Source: Cyanophora paradoxa CCMP329 (lineage: Eukaryota; Plantae; Glaucophyta). From it: a DNA stretch of 64,000 bases. Shown here piece by piece: positions 61,231-64,000 of the stretch. The first letter of the stretch is position 1. Each line of letters opens with the position of its first letter. A model generated the notes under the pieces. The model worked only from the letters and a program-made list of their open reading frames with translations. It did no database searches and had not been told where the DNA came from. The translations under genes were made by a program, and so were the position numbers. Location: assembly GCA_004431415.1 (NCBI GenBank), contig QPMI01000525.1, positions 38,187-102,186 on the forward strand. The letters run 5' to 3'.

Positions 61231-62223
61231 ATGCCTGTGGATTACATCGAGGTTAGCTCATTTAATACAATCTCTGGTGATGGTCCCACATCAAGCTTTG
61301 TGGCTAGACTCCCAGTAGTTATGAGAATGTGAGGGCTGTGAGACTGGTCTCAGCCGAATTTATAACAGTATCCCTATGGTGAGTGGTGAAACCAAAGCAG
61401 GAGATGTGACAGTTGACAATGCATTAGCATTTATTATTCTGAACAAACTCCTGGAGCTGGAAGCTCAGGAATTCCAACAGTTCGCCCAGCTGCTGACTAT
61501 GAACAATGGAAACAATTCATTATAAGTCGAACACCCCATCCAAAGCCACCAGCAACTGTGAATGTAATTAACTCTAAATCGAAGGCAGAAATCCCAACCA
61601 TCCATTCGCTGCAAATGGGATGAATCACTGAAACGAATTATATTCCACTCAGCAGTACCATTGTACTTGGCTTTCTCAGTAGCTGTGAACCCAAGCCAAC
61701 AAACAATCCAAAAGCTGTTGAGTTCGCTAGACTGCTGGGTCTTGATCCTGGAAGATATGGTAACTCCCAATCCAATCACAGGTCTATGATGCTCTCACTG
61801 ATGGAATCTTTACTGGTGGTCGCGTGAATGGCATTATATCTTCTTTTGAGCCTGAGAAGACCAGGGACAGTGTTTGTTTGTGAGAGTAAAGGAGCTGGGT
61901 GATCTGGTGCAATGTGGGGATGGTCTTCTGACTGGTTACTTCACAAAAAGTGGTCCCTGAAAAGACTATGGTGAGCATGTTGTTTACAATTCAACAGAAG
62001 CTCACCCACTTACAAATACTATAAAAAAGGTTGGATATCCACTTTCTCGGTTGATATGTAATGCTATAATGAACCAATTGATTTTGAGGGTCAACCTGTT
62101 CATCTTACCTTTGAAATTCGCTATGGTGATGAGCCAGCTGGGACCCAGTTTATGAATACTTCAAGATGCGAATGTCACAGCTTCACCTTCCTATCCAGTT
62201 ATTACAAACTTCGCATAAATTAA
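61231..62223 (+). CDS. Minor capsid (penton) protein 2 (heavily frameshifted)
   Basis: MPVDYIEVSS....GPTSSFVARLP..YENVRAVRLVSAE; C-terminal YNEPIDFEGQPVHLTFEI. Confidence 0.7.
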
Positions 62224-62266
62224 GGACATTGGAGATTTTTATGTTGCAGTATATAAAAGAGAATAA

Positions 62267-63605
62267 ATGGATATCACTTCCACTCTTCAAAGACTTCGCT
62301 GAAAGAAGCCTAACAACCCAGAAGAGGCGAAAGCCTTTTCCTGGATAACTCCTTATGCTTGGTCTCGAATCCAAATCTAAGCCAGTTCTAGTTGTTGTGA
62401 ATCCAGCAATACTTTTGAGAATAATGTTGGAAATCGCATTTCCTTCAAGCTACCTCGCTACAATTTCTGTGGAAAACTCGAACTTGCTTTCGACCTCCAG
62501 CCATCACGTTTGCTGGTGATACTGACCTAGTTCGCAATGGATACACTCGCCAGTTGGTGCTTTAGTTCAGCGACTTGAAATTACCTATGGATCTTACACC
62601 TACCATATTCCATCTGATTCCTTGCTCATTCCCCTGGTCTATTATTCGGAGGATCAACTAGCTAAAAGAAGCGATCAATGGGCATGGTTCATGGCATTCC
62701 TGCTCATGGAACCAACCGCTTGGTGGCTCATTCTTTGTTGAAATCCCTGTGCTTGGCTAAATCACTACTTCCCCTTGGTGCTTTACTGGTGAAATGGTGT
62801 TACTGTTTGGTTTAAGGATGCTGGAAGGGTTATGTTGAAACTTCCTATGTGGTCGCTCTCTCCCTGTTGTGTGGGACAGTTGCTGATAAGAAGAAGATGA
62901 TGGTCTTGTGATACTGCTAAGCTACACTTGCCCATGTTGGTCAAACATCACAACTTTCAGTCTTGGTGCACAACCCTGTCATTTCTATTACTTCTCCTCG
63001 CCTTTACATGCATGCTATTAATGTTTCTGATGAGCTTTTCGCTACTGTAATTGAAAAGTAAGACTACTGGCATGGCTATTCCCTCCCTTGATATTGGATT
63101 TGTAGATGCTAGTGCTTTCCCTGCCAAGGGCAATGCCCAACCCAATCGAATTAACCTCTCTCAAATCTCAGGTCTTGTATATGCTCTGCTTGTTTCAGTT
63201 CGTGATCATGAAACTGTTGACAAATCCAATGGCTCCCACAGTGTTCTTAAGACCTATGCCAACTCCAAAGACATCACATTCACAACTGAAATAAATGGTC
63301 AGCGACTTTTGCCACTGAGCCAATTTCCTACTCAAAGTGCTGAGCTAATTGCTGATGCCTTCAAATGCTCTAACATGGATAAGGTTGCTGATCGCTATGT
63401 CCTTTCAGGACTCCCATTCTGCCTTGATGGAGAAAAGGCAATTCGAAATATTGCCCAGTCTGGTTTTGTCGATTTAACAAATTCCTCCTCTTCATTCCTC
63501 ACCCTCTACATGCCTTCAGATAAGGTAATCGATGTTAATGTTCGCGCTCTCATGCATTCGTTTATAATTTTGGACAAGGATGGATTACGTCGTATAAATC
63601 TTTAG
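62267..63605 (+). CDS. Major capsid protein, double jelly-roll, PLV-type (frameshifted, ~445 aa)
   Basis: GNRISFKLPR...LELAFDL, VQRLEITYG, LLPLGA.TGEM.VTVWF, NRINLSQISGLVYALLVSVR, FTTEING, and DVNVRALMHSFIIL. Size and position between penton and ATPase genes fit. Confidence 0.72.
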
Positions 63606-63669
63606 ATCTTACCATATTCAGTCACCCTGCATTATTTTTATCTGTATTTATTTAGAAAGATATACAACA

Positions 63670-64000
63670 ATGACTGATTTGGATGAATTTGTGGCTGGTG
63701 AAATGATAGAACCACCATTTCGTGTATTAGCAATAGGCAAAATCAGCACTGGTAAATCAGAAGCTGTAAGTATTGGTTGAAGCAAACTGCATGATGCCAA
63801 AAAGATTGATGTTGTATTAGTTGTGAGTGGAACCAGCTTCAATCATTTCTGGGATAAAGTGGCAACACTGCAACTGGGAAAATGGGATGCCCCTTACATT
63901 CTAAATTGCTAGATGAGAGGCAAGAGAAAATAGAAAAGGCGAACCTGTTAAACAGCTATGTGTGGTTTTAGATGATTTAATCGATAATGAAATAGTCGAT
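63670..64000 (+). CDS. A32/FtsK-HerA-family genome-packaging ATPase (truncated by the window; frameshifted)
   Basis: PPFRVLAIGKISTGKS (Walker A), VVLVVSGT, LCVVLDDL (Walker B). Confidence 0.85.

Larger units (their letters stand above)
48466..64000. mobile_element. Endogenous Polinton-like virus / virophage-type element (left part; continues beyond the window)
   Basis: Abrupt switch to AT-rich, intronless, densely packed genes; inverted repeat at the junction; morphogenesis module of minor capsid x2, major capsid and A32-like ATPase. Confidence 0.9.

Noticed and set aside
52634-64000. Bacterial prophage or contaminant, suggested by the S74 fibre and speD
   Set aside because: No terminase, portal, HK97 capsid or Shine-Dalgarno pattern; the penton, MCP and A32 ATPase point to a PLV. 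A chimeric join still needs a read-level check.

Overview
Two sharply different halves. (1) 1 to ~48,465 is GC-rich, intron-dense eukaryotic nuclear DNA, probably an alga. The phytochrome architecture and gene style suggest a glaucophyte such as Cyanophora, but that is inference. I spliced the genes by hand, so exon ends are approximate: F-box protein (-), guanylate-binding/atlastin-family GTPase (+), coiled-coil FxPxI-repeat protein (-), PPR-like protein (+), tandem AP2-like protein (+), and an unknown membrane protein (-). Between the last two is a signalling cluster: a membrane-bound PAS hybrid histidine kinase (-) head-to-head with a PAS-GAF-PHY-PAS-HK-REC phytochrome (+), followed by a membrane PAS adenylate cyclase (-). 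Splicing is unusual: GC-AG introns are very frequent, 10-11 nt micro-exons build the kinase H-box, and an AT-AC (U12-type) intron interrupts the phytochrome chromophore motif C-H-L-Q-Y. (2) 48,466 to the window end is an AT-rich, intronless endogenous Polinton-like virus/virophage-type element inserted about 15 bp upstream of a likely host start codon. It has a 28-bp inverted repeat at its end, two 35-bp hairpins, an AdoMet decarboxylase homolog, two paralogous putative spike genes, a ~6-kb phage-like fibre gene with an S74 chaperone, a patatin-discoidin fusion, two divergent minor capsid genes, a major capsid gene and an A32-like packaging ATPase. It also shows a shared TAGTAAAAG motif before start codons and a context-specific CpG depletion that the fibre tip lacks. 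No replication or integrase gene lies inside the window, and many viral genes carry single-base frameshifts.
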